DNA of 64,000 nt, filler included, from Piptocephalis cylindrospora (GCA_003614145.1; 8 parts of 8 records of this genome joined end to end with filler, not necessarily neighbours in it); one strand, 5' to 3'; positions 36,758 to 50,456 are shown, counted from the whole stretch's first letter. Translations and numbers: made by a program. The notes: a model not told the origin generated them from the letters alone.

Positions 36758-37540
36758 GCTGAGGGAAGGAGGAAGGAGGAAGGCAGGGTGGGGATAAGCA
36801 GGTAAAGATTGAAGTTCTTGGCAAAGGGCAGGAATGGTTTGCACTTTAAATAGGACGTGAATGGCGAACCGGGAAGCACGCGCAGCCATGGCCAGATTCG
36901 CGGGTTCCCTGCTCCTCGCCCTATTCTGATCTCACTAACTGGAATGAGCGGATGTTCCTTCCTTTGAGAAGCTGTGCGCCAACATGCTTGGCTGCGTGGT
37001 GGTGAGGGGAGGCTGCAAATCGGACCTTGAATTTAGCCTGCTCTGTCGAGCTGCACAGAACCGTTTCCAAGGCAGGGGGAAACCTCACAATCTGTGGGAG
37101 GTGGCGTGGTCCCTGTGAAATGGTATGAGAGGCCTAGTCCCACTTGTTGACTGGGTGCAGGATTGACATGGTCCTGTGAGTCGTTCTACACTCCGACCTT
37201 TGGCAAAAATAGACGGTGATGTCTAGGTAGGATTGATCTGGGGGGGGGGAAAGATGTGATCATTCTCGTATTGGTCCTGGACGAATACAGGGGGTACCCC
37301 AGCATGATCGAGGCCTAAGACTGCATTGTTGTGGTCAAGTGATATAGTGGGTATATATGTGGGGTGGAGGAGGATAAGAACACATTGGCAAGGAGGAGAA
37401 ACACAGGAGATAATCAAGCGAAGAGAGATCCGCTGTTCTGTCTTGGCCATCTATACTTCAGCTAAACAACACACACACACACACAAGAAAAAAGGGCCTA
37501 CCCATACCCTTTTGCACTATATTCTCATCTTCCCTGATCA

Positions 37541-40500
37541 TCAGAGTGTTCGACCCTTGGCAGCCATGTGAAGGAGCATGGATTCATCAAAGTACTTGCC
37601 GACAGAAACATCCTCGGAAAGACCCTTTCTCCTTCGAGTTTTAAGCATGAAATCCCGGGCCAAATGAGGAGCGGGGGAGGGTTCAAGAGGCCGTAGGGGG
37701 ATGGACCGATCCAGAGGGTCACCAGGGACGACTTGCCAATGATCAAAGACCTGTTGGACAAATGCTTGACCCTGAGTATGAGTTCGAAGATCCGTCTCAA
37801 AGCCAAAGGAATCAATGGCTGGGATGAGGGCTTGGACCGAGTACAACGGTGACCCTGCTTTTCCTAGATCATGCAGTACGTGGCCTCTACGTCTTCCCAG
37901 CACATCGTAGACTGCAGCCACACAATCTGCGGGAGCCTGGACCTCAATGTAATTAACAGGTTCCATCAGTCTTGGCTTTGCCTATGAGAAGGAAAAGGGA
38001 TGGAGAGGAAGAGGTTGAGAAAGGATCACCTATTCCTAGCACACAAAATCAAGCTCACTTACGGTCAAAAAGGCCGAGTAACAAACGCGACGAGCAGCCG
38101 GGATGATCTGGCCTGACCCCCGATGAATGGGCTCTGGGGAGAGGGTGGCATCGAGGATCTTGAACTTGACATTCCGGATGGGTTCATCACACAATGGTCC
38201 CTCCCTAGTTCCCCATTGGAATCCTTGACGGATCGAATCCTTGACGCTTTTCAGCAATTTCTTATCGGTCTATGTGAGGGGAGAGGAATGAGTGTAGTCC
38301 TATCTGGACACAGCTCCCGTACCCCATCTTACCTCGGTAGGGAGGGTGTCATCACAAAGGATGTTGCTCCCCAGGCGAAGATCAGGACCAAAGGCCCAGA
38401 TGGACCGGGAGGCGAGGAGATCCCATTGATAGTGCTCGCGAAGGTAGGCCCCTGCGGCCTTGAAGGCTAGGTCTCCCACCCCGCCAAAGCCGGTATCGGA
38501 CATGGAGGTAGTGAGAGGAAGGGCTTTACCAGCCTCAAGATCCTCGGCGATCCCACGATCCAAGGGTTCAGCGACCATGGTCAGTTTATTCCGATGATTT
38601 TGCGTCTCGGACCAACATCGAAGACCACTCATCTCGACGACAGTCTCATTAAATCGGACTGTCGGGTCCGAGACCCGAACCTCGACTTGGCCGTACAATC
38701 GACGAAGATCATGGAGGGCACAATCCAGGTACATTTCCCCACTTCCGAGGAGAACGTGTTCTCCAGATTCCTCAACGCGAGTCACAGACATAGGATAGGT
38801 ACGGTTGACGCGACGAAGACCTTCCAACATCTTGGGAAGCTCAGTGGGATTGACAGGCTCCACAGCAACTTTAAAGGTGGGGGTAGCCCCGGCCCAATCA
38901 AGTCCCCGGAAGATCCCTCTGGATTCCCGAGGGATCGACAGATCCAGAAGAGTGGCGGTACCGAGAATGGTGGCATCCACCCCGGCCAGTAAGACCCAGG
39001 CTCCGGGACCAGCCTCCTCTATGGGGATACGGTAGCGGGAGCAGTGAAGCCAAAGGGCATCCACAGTGGCTGGGGCCATCTCCTCCTCATCGGCTTGACT
39101 GTACCCCTGGCCCAGAACCTGGATATTCTGGCCCACACGCACCCGACCGGACATGACGCGGGCAAAGGCGTGAAAGGCAATACGACCGGTTCCTGTATCA
39201 AGGGTACTATCTGCGTAGAGTTTAGCAACGTGCAAAACGGTGGGGGCATCAGGGTTGACCTTGATCATGCTCTCCTCGAGGGATCCAGGGCCCCTGGGAC
39301 CCCGGTAAATATGATTCACCTTATCTTGGGCATGTTGGGCCGGGGATGGGATGTGCTGGAGAGCAGCGTCGACCAGGGCGGTGGGGGGGCCGAAAAATTG
39401 GTGGAGGACAGCACGAAGGAGATCGGGCACCTCCATTTCCCAGTCCTTGGCCTTAAGTCGAATACCCAAAGGATGCAGGGACTTTTGGAGATCCTTGGTC
39501 TCCTCCCCGACCACCTGGGCGTATATCTTATAGAGAGGCTCGAGGATAAAGTGGACAAAGGATCGGGTGGCCCCCTTATCCTGGGGCTTGGGGGAGAAGG
39601 TACGGGAGGATGGATTGTAGAATCGTTCACCCCAGAGCCGCCTCGCCAGGGCAGAGGCCGGGAAGGTACCCGGATAAGTATCGGCGTACATCTGGGAAAA
39701 GGAGGAGAGGGAGAAAATCCATGTGGATTGACCCGAGGCAAACAGGACATTGCCTCGGAGAGGCGAAAGTCTCTGGGGTGAAGAGGAGGAAGAGGGGGAG
39801 GAGGAAGGGGAGGAGGAGCCACTTAAACGTTGGATGGTCGAGTTGACCTCCTCAATGACGTGACGCAATTTGAAGTAAGCATCCGTTGGGGGGAGTTTGA
39901 GTTCGAGGATAAGACGCTCGACCTTATTGACGACGAGGATGATTGGGATACGTTCGCGGAGACACCGCTTAATGGCTTGCTCCGTCCCGACCATGACACC
40001 CTCCACGGCATCGACGACAAGAAGAGCGCCGTCGGCAAACCTTGTACCGGCCGATACCTCATCCATGAAATCAACGTGTCCTACCGGAATAGCGAAATGA
40101 GCAAGGAATGGTGAGAATGAGGTAAGGGAGGATCATCTTACCAGGCGTGTCCATCAGGTTAAAAGCGTACGATTTTTCCTCCTGAGATTGAAGGACCAGG
40201 GTCATGGGGGAAGACTTGATGCTCATCCCCCTTTGCCGTTCAAGCATATGCGTATCCGTGTAGCGTTTCTGGGGGATGGATGGGGTGAATGAGTAGAGCG
40301 ATTGAGGATGAGGACCCATATTCGATACTTACATGCTTCTCCAGGTTCCAAGGAAGATGGTGAGTGGATGCAATGAGCATGTCCATCAGGGTTGACTTTC
40401 CATGATGCAGGTGGCCAACCATGACGAGGTTACGAATGAGTTCGGGGGTTTTAAGAAGATCCACAAGGAATCTACAATAAGGGGGTTTAGTGTGCACTGT

Positions 40501-40921
40501 GCTAGCGCCAGCGCAGCAAAAGAAACACGTACCCCTTTTTGTATGAGGTTTGAGGCAAGTCCTTTTCCTGAAGCTGAGTATGCTCAACACGCTTTGGTTT
40601 GACGATGGGCTCGGAAAGAAGTTGAGTATCCTCTTCCTGCACAATGGTCTCCACATCCTCCCCGTAGACTTGTTGTGCGCTTGGGTAAAAGGATTTTTCC
40701 TCATGAAGGATGACCTGATTAGCCTCGGCATCCTCCATTCGCACTAGGGATGTCGAATTGGGGCCCTCTTCTTCCTCTTCCATGGTGACATGCTGAGGGG
40801 CAGTCTGTTCATGGTCGGACTCCTCCCCAGAAAGGTCATATCCAATATTCTCCTCCTCAGATTCAGCCAAGTCAGGGCCAATGTAGTTGCCGAATTCATC
40901 GTATTGCGAGTCGTCATCCAT
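37541..40921 (-). CDS. SNU114: U5 snRNP 116-kDa GTPase Snu114/EFTUD2, multi-exon
   Basis: [70 protein letters not shown]. Confidence 0.97.
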
Positions 40922-41568
40922 ACTAATCCTATCTCTGATGGTGGTCTGGTCTGGTCTGGTCTGGTTGGATTGACAGGGAGGAAGGCCCGGGTTGACGAGG
41001 GATCGGACAGGGAGGGAAGACCAAGAAGGAGAGAAGGATCAGGGAAAGGGTATTCGTGAATGTTGATATCTTGACTGTGAATGCTTTTTATGTCGCGGGT
41101 TTTTCAAGTAGGTCGCGTTCATGCTCTTGGGGAGGTTTACAGCAGATGTGAAAAAGACTCAAAACGAACCTTAAATTGGCCAGAGTTTGATGAGTTGGCA
41201 AGGTGGAGGAGGAGGCTTTGGGTGGTTTTGAACCGAAGTAGCAGTATCGCGTATTCTGCCCCCTCTCCTTGATATATGCCTTATAGTGTGTATGTGTGTG
41301 TGTGTGTGTGTGTGTGCGTGTGTATGGGTGGGTGTGGGTCGTAGATATGACCAACTCTCGCTAAACAACACCAAGATATCCTTCCTCCGCCTCCCTCAGC
41401 TTGGAGAGGGGGGGAAAGGTCAGTACAATCCAACAGCATCCGCCTTCCATCCCTTCCTCCTTCCTCCTNNNNNNNNNNNNNNNNNNNNNNNNNNNNNNNN
41501 NNNNNNNNNNNNTTAATTAATTAANNNNNNNNNNNNNNNNNNNNNNNNNNNNNNNNNNNNNNNNNNNN

Positions 41569-41753
41569 TGGCTGTCCTGAGGGTCGACATGCCCCCTTTG
41601 AACACTCCGTCACCCAGGGTGTATTCGTCAATTTCAGTACCAGCGGCTATTGAAGTGATTTTAGAAAAGATTTCATGGCTAAGGAATAAAAGAAAGCAGC
41701 TATGGGCTACCTAGGTCTGCCGGATCGGTGCCTTGCGCCTCGGGAATGGTCAT
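41569..41753 (-). CDS. 5' fragment of a possible protein kinase, cut by the contig end
   Basis: ATG at 41753, GT..AG intron, then AGTEIDEYTLGDGVFKGGMSTLRTA, which resembles kinase subdomain I. Confidence 0.35.
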
Positions 41754-43110
41754 AGTGGTTTTGAAAAGAGCTTGAAAAAAGGAGAAAAGGGTTGAGTGAA
41801 GGGGGGGGAAAGCACGGAAGGTGGATCTAATGTGCAGGGAAAAGGCTGGAATGTGAGAGACTTTATTGAGGTGACCCATGTCCGAATGGTTGGCTCGGCC
41901 TGACTAACTGGGCGGAGTTGACACGTTTGATCGGCCTTTTTGTTGATGCAAGCAAGCGAAGGCGCTGGGAATACCATGAGAGTTGAATTGAGCATGCGTT
42001 TGATGGGGCCTAATCACAGTGAATGACGTCTTTATCCACGTCTTGTGCCAACGAATAGCTAACATGTCAAGTTTTGATGGTTTACATCAAAAGACTCCGG
42101 GAATAAATGTATCTTAGGAATAAGCGAAGATTTTTTTTATTAGTATGCCCCTTAAATGTAGCACCTGTCAAAACTTTATCTTTGTCTCCCTTCATCCAAC
42201 TATACACTTTTTGTACAATCGCAATAATTAGTGTATCTCATCAAATACAGCCAGAGGCATTACATGCAATCAATGAGTTTGCTCTAGTAATACATCTATC
42301 CTGGACAATGGGTAATGGCCTCATTGGTCGCTCTTTTTTTAAAAAAAAAGGTTATATATGAACTGCTCATCATCATCAGCAGCTACTAGAACGGAAAGCT
42401 TTATTAAGCCAATATGGATTGTGCTGTCCCTTTAGGCGGATACTGCATTCGAACATCTGCCGACCTGTCGCGCAGAGGGAAAATAAATCGGTGCTACAGT
42501 CATCACGATATAGATTGAATAAGTGAGTAGTCTTTATCTATGTTTTTTTAGGAACCCCGAATGAAAGCTACACCCATCAGGAAGGCAAGCCTACATTTAT
42601 GACCCTCATGATGACAAATAGCAATGTTTATTGAAGAAAATTCTACTTTTCTAGTATCAGAATTATAATCCTCTTGTCCATGGCATTTATATACATATCA
42701 GGTTATTGATATTCATTTTATTTGACTGTCATTCTTTCATCAAAAAGGATTCGGATCAATTGGATAACTAATCCTTGCTATCACACATTTTCGATCATTT
42801 GATAGCAATGCCCATCCATATCTAAGGGCCACACCGTGATAAAAAGCACACTGAAACCTAGCTAACTTTTGAATAATTTGCATTAGAAAAACCCCGCATA
42901 CCAAGCGCCCTAGCTACCGTGTATCCTTTCGCCTTCCTTGCCGTGTTTGGCCGTGGCCTTGCCCCCTCCCCGGCCTTGTGTTGGGGTTTCCTCCTCGTCT
43001 CTGGCCTATCGGAGGGTAGTCATCTAACAATATCTCTTCTCTTTTTGTCCCTTCCCCTTCCCCCCTCCCCTCCCCTCGTCTCCGCTCCATCCCCATCTCA
43101 TTGCTCCGTC

Positions 43111-45873
43111 ATGCGAAGGGCGGGAATGATACGATGGGGATCTGTCCGACTACCCCGTCGACCCTGCTTTGCTACTCCCGGCTGGATCCAACGCGTCCCG
43201 GCCCTGTCCATGTCCACATGTCCGAGTAGCCCGAATCGCATGGAGCCCCCAGCACGACCCAAGAGAAAGGCCACTAGTCTGAAACACGTCTGTGACCTGG
43301 CCAATGATCCGAAGACACCACATGACATCCTTTGGTCCGCATATCAAGCCTTTGAGGCCTCCTCCCCTCCCACCAGCACCAACACCTCCCGGACCTATCG
43401 TCGTCCTTCCCTCATCAACATCACAGCGCGGTGCGCGGTTCACGGAGGTAGGAGGGCTGGGAGATTGATATACATCCTATCTCGTCTCCCTCCAGATACC
43501 ATACTTCGCCCGCGAGAATGGTCATTGATCCTGCGGATCTTATCGCTAGACGCGCCCTGGGCCTCTTTTTCCCAGGCTTGGGATCTCATGCTCCAGCAGA
43601 CTCCAGGGCCCATCACCTCGGTGCCCCTCATGTACACCCGTATCATTGCCCTGGGCCGAGCAGGCCGTCCACGCCAGGCCCAGCGTGATTTCGACGTCTT
43701 TTTCTCCTCTCAGCCCCACCTCTACCGTGGCCCCGCCATTATAGATGCTCTGATCCAGGCGTGGACCATGAAGGGTCATTTTGAGAAGGCTAGAGATATT
43801 CTGGGCAAGTTGAAGGCCTCCACCACCCATACCATCTATGCCTTGTCCTACATACGACTTTTGGAGGCTCATGTTCTTGTCGGGGAGATGGAAGAGGCTG
43901 AGAGGTACATCTGGAGCTGGTTACGGCCCATGGGCCTTTCCAACAACAAGCGGGTATGGAATATTCTGCTCAAGGGATATCTCGCCTGTATCCCTTCACC
44001 CTCACGTTCCCTGGAGCGGCATCAGGACGGAGAGAGGGTGATTCAACGCATACTTACACGGATGCACAAAGAAGGTGTGGTCCCCAATGACCACATCTAC
44101 ACCACTATACTGGGCTTTCGACTCACTTATTCCGGGGGAATTGAAGAGGAGCTTGGAAAGTTACAGATGGAGATGGCTGAGAATGGTCATCTTCATCTTC
44201 ATCCCCATACTTATGCTGTAGCCATGGGCGCTGCCATTCGTCAACAGAATTGGGAACAGGCTCATAAATACTTTAACCTAGCGTGCAAGGCTTCCAAGCG
44301 CATGGAATCCGATGGTTTGAAGGATGCAGGGAGGAAGGAGAGGAACCGAAGAAGGAGGTTTGACCAGGGAAACCGTCTCGCCATGCTTAATCATCTCATC
44401 TCGGGGTATTCCAAGGCTGGGGAGTGGGATAAGGCTGAAGAGATTCGTCGTCGGATGCGAGAAGATTATGATGATTTGGCTGAAGATGCAATTACCTGGG
44501 AGGCTCTAGGTTGTGGAAGAGATGAGCCCGGAGTCCTCTTGGACCGATTGATCCAAGAAGGCCTACCTCCCCTGGCCAGGACCATCGAGACTGAGGTGGC
44601 CAGGGGTGTACATGCATATGTGAAAGAAAAAGGCACTGCTGATAGGATAGAGGAAGCAAGAAAGGTAGGGGAGTACTATGGGTTGCCCCTTGGACCTCGG
44701 GGTCATGGTTGGATCCTAGATGCACTTTCCCGACAGGGCAAGGGAAAGGAGGCAGATGAGGTGTACCTTCGAGCTCTAGAGGAGGGACAACGGCCTACCC
44801 GATTTATGCTCCGATCCCTGCTCCTAGCTCATAGTCATGGCCGGGAGGATGAGGGGATCCGAAGATTATGGCAGATCGTTGGCTTGATGCGTCGATATGA
44901 CTTGGGCCCGATGTGGTGGGACTGGATGGTAATAGCGGTGGCCTATGCCCGTCGTGGCGATGTATTTGGGACAAATAGGGCCATGGAGGCGTACGAGGAG
45001 GGGATAAATAGCCAAGGGTCCAAGACGTTGGGGAAGGAAGGGCTTCTACGATGGCGAAAAGTAGCAGCAGTGGTGAAGATCATGGCACTGGCTGAGGCTA
45101 AAGACGCGGAAGGGGCTGAGAGGTACCTCCGGGGTGAGGAAGGATCCAAAGCAGGGATTGAGAAGGATCCCATGGCCTGGTCTACGGTGCTTTGGAGTTG
45201 GACCCACCGGTCATCTTGGGCGGATGTATGGAGAGTTCGACGGGATATGGAGGTCCTGGGGGTTCGGATGCTTGGATATACCCTTCATGCCCGAGTCTTA
45301 GAAAGGATCTTTGATGTGAGAAGGCTTGACAAGGAGGATGGGCTCAGGAAAGATAATGAAGAGGTCCTTGGGGGAATACGTCGCGGAATGGCGGAGGCCC
45401 AGAAGGGCCTGAGTAGCGTTTCCCCGGAAGAACGGGGAAAGACTGGTCGAAAGATCATGGATGGGCTGGTGAGGTTGGGATGGAGGCAAAGGTTGTCAGG
45501 GCAGGAGATTCTCGAGGTGATAGAGAAGACACCGAACCCAATCCTATCCCCCAGTGTACATGAATGGGGGATTCTGATGGAGCGAGTGGGGCATGATGAG
45601 GATTGGGAAGGAGTGATGCGAGGATGGGTCCGGATCAAGGATCAAGTGAATGAGCCACAGGGTGAGGAGGTGGAGGGGTGGAAGGAGGGCAAGGTGCGTA
45701 TCATGTCCTGGACGCTTATAGCCCTAGTACGACTAGGAAGGGAGGAGGAGGCAGCGAGGATGTGGAGCCAAGTGCGAAGGGAGGCTCCATGGTTGCTGCA
45801 TGGGGTGGAGGGTACGATTAGGGATGTGGAGGAGATGACGATGGTGATGGCGGAGGAAAATGGATACGATTAA
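43111..45873 (+). CDS. Pentatricopeptide-repeat protein, probably mitochondrial
   Basis: PPR-like helical repeats VWNILLKGY, GVVPNDHIYTTIL, MLNHLISGYSKAGEWDKAEEI. Arg-rich N-terminus from the ATG at 43111. Confidence 0.8.
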   Translation: MRRAGMIRWGSVRLPRRPCFATPGWIQRVPALSMSTCPSSPNRMEPPARPKRKATSLKHVCDLANDPKTPHDILWSAYQAFEASSPPTSTNTSRTYRRPSLINITARCAVHGGRRAGRLIYILSRLPPDTILRPREWSLILRILSLDAPWASFSQAWDLMLQQTPGPITSVPLMYTRIIALGRAGRPRQAQRDFDVFFSSQPHLYRGPAIIDALIQAWTMKGHFEKARDILGKLKASTTHTIYALSYIRLLEAHVLVGEMEEAERYIWSWLRPMGLSNNKRVWNILLKGYLACIPSPSRSLERHQDGERVIQRILTRMHKEGVVPNDHIYTTILGFRLTYSGGIEEELGKLQMEMAENGHLHLHPHTYAVAMGAAIRQQNWEQAHKYFNLACKASKRMESDGLKDAGRKERNRRRRFDQGNRLAMLNHLISGYSKAGEWDKAEEIRRRMREDYDDLAEDAITWEALGCGRDEPGVLLDRLIQEGLPPLARTIETEVARGVHAYVKEKGTADRIEEARKVGEYYGLPLGPRGHGWILDALSRQGKGKEADEVYLRALEEGQRPTRFMLRSLLLAHSHGREDEGIRRLWQIVGLMRRYDLGPMWWDWMVIAVAYARRGDVFGTNRAMEAYEEGINSQGSKTLGKEGLLRWRKVAAVVKIMALAEAKDAEGAERYLRGEEGSKAGIEKDPMAWSTVLWSWTHRSSWADVWRVRRDMEVLGVRMLGYTLHARVLERIFDVRRLDKEDGLRKDNEEVLGGIRRGMAEAQKGLSSVSPEERGKTGRKIMDGLVRLGWRQRLSGQEILEVIEKTPNPILSPSVHEWGILMERVGHDEDWEGVMRGWVRIKDQVNEPQGEEVEGWKEGKVRIMSWTLIALVRLGREEEAARMWSQVRREAPWLLHGVEGTIRDVEEMTMVMAEENGYD

Positions 45874-46226
45874 GGGCGCCAAGTAGAGGGGGAAGGAGAA
45901 GGATGGGCATTGTACGTCTGATGTTACTAATAGAAGATAGAGGAAGAGGGGCACCTCTTGAGCAGATTTAAAGTGGCTCTGTTCTATTGACTTGCATGAA
46001 TGTGTGCTGATGGGCGACAAGGGTCATTTATTATTACGATGGAAAGTAAGAGGATGATGATTAGCACGTAGTATACGTGGGGTTTGCATGGATAGGACTA
46101 CCTCCTACCTGGAAGGAGGAAAGGGCGATGTGGAAACGAAACGAAACGAAGAAAAAAAAAGCAAGAATCCTGACATCTGGCCCATTAGTACATAGTCGGG
46201 GTACACGCGCATCGGGAGGAAGCGCC

Positions 46227-48300
46227 TTATCCTTCAAGGGAGCGATGGGGTTGTTGAAGGGGAGGAGAGGGAGGTAGGTGGTCCAGGGAGGGAACTTTTT
46301 CCTCTAAACGTTGCCGGGGCTCATCGGCTTTTTCATCATCCTTCTTTCCTAGAGACGGACCTTCATCGGACTTTGCAGGAAAAGACATGTCGGCTGGAGT
46401 AGATACTTCCTCTTCGGGGGTAGTCTTTCCTTTGAAGATGAAGCGCTTTCCAGGCAGGGTAAGACGCTTTCCGGCACCGGAGATGGAACCCGTTTTTTTC
46501 GGGGAGGATAGGGAGGACTCGGGGGCCGATGAGAAGGAAAGGGTGGAGAGAGGGCGAGGGGGGCGACCAGGGTCATCGAGAGCCGTACGATCTACTCCCT
46601 CCCGAGCCTCTTCATCCCCTTGACTCTTGATCCTCTCTTCCTCTAGGGATTCAGGGTCACCTGAAGTAGTGTGAGCCCTTCCGTTGATGGGAAAGGGACG
46701 AAAAAATCGACCCTTCTTTCGAGGACCATTCCCCAAGGAGGAGGAAGGAGGGGGGAGTGAGGAAACGTTAGGGGAGATGGCCCCGGGGGTGGATGTGCCT
46801 GAACCGGGATCATCTGCCCAATCGGCCGCGTCAACGGGAGCACGGGCGGCAGTGCCTCTTGACCAAAAGGTACCAGCCCATTGCTTGGCCCAGCCGACGC
46901 GCTGTCGTACGGACCTCTTGGCCAGGGTGACGTTGACCTGGGTGGAGTGCTTCATGAGGAAGAGGAGGGTGCACTGGGAGATAAAGAGGAGGATGAGGAA
47001 GAGATCCAGGGAGGCATACCGGAAGAGGAGGGCAACGACAGTGAGGGTAAGGAGGACCCTACGTCTTTGATGGACTAGAGCCGTTTCCCGAAGGACTAAG
47101 AATGGAAGGATGAGTAACAGGGAGGTCAGGGAGGTCAGGGAGAGCGGGATGCAACTTACTTCGCATGCTCACTTTACCTTTCTTGGCGGGGTCGGGAAGG
47201 GTAAGGAGAAAGACAAAATGAAGGGGGAATTCGTACCATGGGATTGGACGGCCAGGAGAAGAGGATCTTTTTTTATTGGAGGGTAAAGACGTGTTGGTGG
47301 ATTTATCCTCTGCGAGAGGGAAGAAGGGGAAGTGAGTGAGGGGGGGAGGGAAGGGGGAAGGAAGGAAGTAACCTACCGGAAAGGGAAGGACCTCCCATGA
47401 ACCATTGCTGGATGACCTGGATGAGATCAAGAAGGATGGGAGTGACCTGGGTGGAGGATGGGGTGGAGGCATCCCACGAGCTGTTGGATTTATTGGAACT
47501 GGATTGATTCTGAGAGGAGGAGGGAAGGCGGACGAGAAGAGATTGACTTTTCTTCATGGGTTTCCCTTGAGGAGGCGATGGGGAGGAGGATGGGGAGTGA
47601 GATAGGTCTTTGGAGTTGGTCTGAAGTGGAGTGGGTGGAGGTGAGGGACAGAGGATGAGGGCGGAACGGGCTTTCTGTGTTTGATTTGCCTCATCGTCCT
47701 CTTCATCCTCTTCATCGTCCTCCCCATCCTCTTCTTCTTCTGCATCTTCTTCCTCCTCTTCCTCGATAAAGTCATCCTCTTCCTCCTCTTCCTCCTCCTC
47801 CTCCTCACCCTCCTCATCCTCATCTTCAGTCATGACCAAAGAATCGGAATCAGTCATGGAGTTTCGAGGGTGAGGAGAGGAGACGATGGGATCGGAGGAG
47901 CCGGTGATGATCAAGGAGCCCATGGGGTAGGAGGGATCCTCACACATCATGGGTATGGGGGTGGAGGAGGTGACAAAGGCACGAAACCATCTAGCGAGTC
48001 TCTTGGAGCCCATTTTCCCCTCTGCCTCGGCACTGGACCTTACACCGTCGGTCAAGAGGTCTAGGCCATCGAGCATACCCTTCTCCTCCCAGCCCTGGGC
48101 TAGTCGATAGTGTGGGAAGGAACGAGTGATGATTCGAAGGGGCCAACGTTGCTGTCCGGTGGAGGTGGTGGTGCCTGATCGTTTGGAGTGGTTGCGTTGG
48201 AGGTAAAAGTATTCGGTGCTGCCCATGGTCTTCCATGAGGACCGGACCAGGGAGCCCACGAGTGATGGCGGAGTCCACATTCCTGGGTACTCCATCATGA
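46227..48300 (-). CDS. Hypothetical multi-exon membrane protein with an acidic tract
   Basis: ORFs 47303-48475 and 46227-46955 are joinable via GT-AG introns. Hydrophobic segment VLLTLTVVALLFRYASLDLFLILLFISQCTLLFL precedes AKRSVRQRVGWAKQWAG. Confidence 0.6.
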
Positions 48301-49305
48301 CTTTAGGGAGGGAGGGGAGAGAGAGAGGAGGAGAGGAAGAGAGGAGCAAGCTGTAAGGAAGAGAGGGGCGAAGAAGGAAGGCTGGATGACCAAGCGGTAC
48401 CTTTAAACGAAATGGAGGATGTGGAATGGGACAGGTGATTGATTGCGGGGATCTGCTGGCCACCGCCAGTCTCACTTACAATAGCTTCTTCCTGCCCTTA
48501 AGGCCCCGACGTGGCATGGAGAGGGAGATGGGCCTCCTCACTAGCCCCCCTTGTGGGGGTGTACCTTACCTACTTGGGCGGAGTCATCACTGTGGGTGTG
48601 AGAGGGATGCAGGTGGGTTGTGTCAGCGTGAGTGAGTGAGTGTGTGTCTCGGCTTTGGGACGCATTACCTCCGCCGTACAGTAGTGACCTCTGTCAATGT
48701 ATCTCGCACTTTGATGAGAATGAATGTCGATCCACCGCCCCTCCTACTCGTCCGGACTCCTTCTGGGAACAACATACAGGCGGTGCTGGCCTGCAACTCT
48801 CACACACACATACACAGTCATAGTTCATCAAGGTAATTTGCGGCGGGAATGAGTGGATGGGATGGCCATCGAATGTAGGGTCGTAACCATCTGGGCGCGT
48901 AAATGACTTGAGTATGGAGGCAGGTAGGGCTGACTCTCCGGTGATGACCAACTAGGGGGGATACAATGTGGATGGCCCTGAAAGGAGTGAGCAGCAGGAC
49001 AGGATGTAGAGGAGCGGTGACTCAAGAGCATCTGGATGATGGAGGGAGAAGGGGAGGAAAGGACGGGAAAAGGGAGGGGAGGCGCAACCCAGCTCGCTTA
49101 TGGCCCCAAAGACCCTCCGTTTTTGCATGGTGTACACAGCACATTTCGATACGCGCCGTCAAGCACAACAGGAGCATCATGAGAGAATCCGGAGTGAAGA
49201 GGAAGGAAGAATCGTATTCAACAAGCATTCTTCATCTCAGCCTTTCCACACACACACACACACGGACATAGACACAGATGCACACGCACACGCACCCATT
49301 GCTGA

Positions 49306-49736
49306 TTAGGCAGAGCCCGTGTTAGGAGGAGCGCCATTACGGGTCTGGATGGGGGCATTGATCACCTGGGGGGGGCCTTGGACGTTGACAGGGACAGCCT
49401 GGGGAGCGGCGGCAGGGCCAAAGCTAAAGTTGTCACCGTAGGGGTCATGGAAGGCTTGAGCATTAAAGGCCTGGCCGGACACACGGTTGAGGGAGGACTG
49501 GAAGCCATCTTGGTCGACGGCCAGCTGGCGAGTGTGCTTTTGGTCAATGTGCATGCCTAGAGCGGTGGCACCAGCGGCAACACCACCCACCACGACGCCG
49601 CCGATGGCCATGGGCGCAAGGGCACCAATGACTCCGGCATGGGCGGCAATGGCACCAACGCCCGCAACACCAGCACCAGCACCAGCACCGGCAAGACCAG
49701 CCGTGAGACGAGGACGGCGCTCATGGAAGGGAGCCT
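49306..49736 (-). CDS. Gly/Ala-rich glycine-zipper-like protein, 5'-truncated by the contig end
   Basis: Open frame from the contig edge: APFHERRPRLTAGLAGAGAGAGVAGVGAIAAHAGVIGALAPMAIGGVVVGGVAAGATALGMHID... Confidence 0.6.
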
Positions 49737-50423
49737 NNNNNNNNNNNNNNNNNNNNNNNNNNNNNNNNNNNNNNNNNNNNTTAATTAATTAANNNNNNNN
49801 NNNNNNNNNNNNNNNNNNNNNNNNNNNNNNNNNNNNCATGTACCACTCGGCCCTTGTCCTTTTCTAATGGCAAATTCGGCCCCAGCAGCCGATTGAGTAA
49901 AAACGTCAGATCGCCTTTAGTCATGAGGGGGGGGGATCAAAACGCACAGAATAGTGATGGATGTCTCCTTTGGACAAAAAAGTAAGCAGAAATTGGTTCA
50001 AGAAGGCTTCAATCTCTTCCTCATCTCCTTTATTGGACCCATCCATGCGATAAGTTGATTCATTCAAGGCCATAGTATCAGAAATGATGGAGTTCCGGGA
50101 TAAGGAGGATGTGATCAGTACCAAATTACTCAAGTAGACCTATGACTTTGCCTTGACGAATATACTACTCATACCTTTCATTTTGGCCCCACTTTCTTGT
50201 AATGGCCAACGCTAAGTTTCCATAAAGATAGCACATTATACCAATCCACAGGCATCTATGGGAAATGCCAAAAAGAGCAGTTCGGTATATCAATATGATG
50301 AATACCCTAAAGGCACTCGCCAGATAATCCCTGACCTCAGTGAGCCTTTGCCCGCATCGGCCACAGAGTAGGAGGGGATAGGCCATATTTTACAAGAGCT
50401 ACCAATGATCTTGGAAAGCACAA

Positions 50424-50456
50424 GGGCCTCTATAACCCCTGGGGTTATAGAGGCCC
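50424..50456. repeat. Perfect inverted repeat, 16-bp arms, 1-nt spacer
   Basis: GGGCCTCTATAACCCC-T-GGGGTTATAGAGGCCC. Confidence 0.95.

Noticed and set aside
42921..42929. GTATCCTTT, a U12-type donor consensus
   Set aside because: It lies upstream of the likely PPR start with no U12 branch site (TCCTTAAC) downstream.
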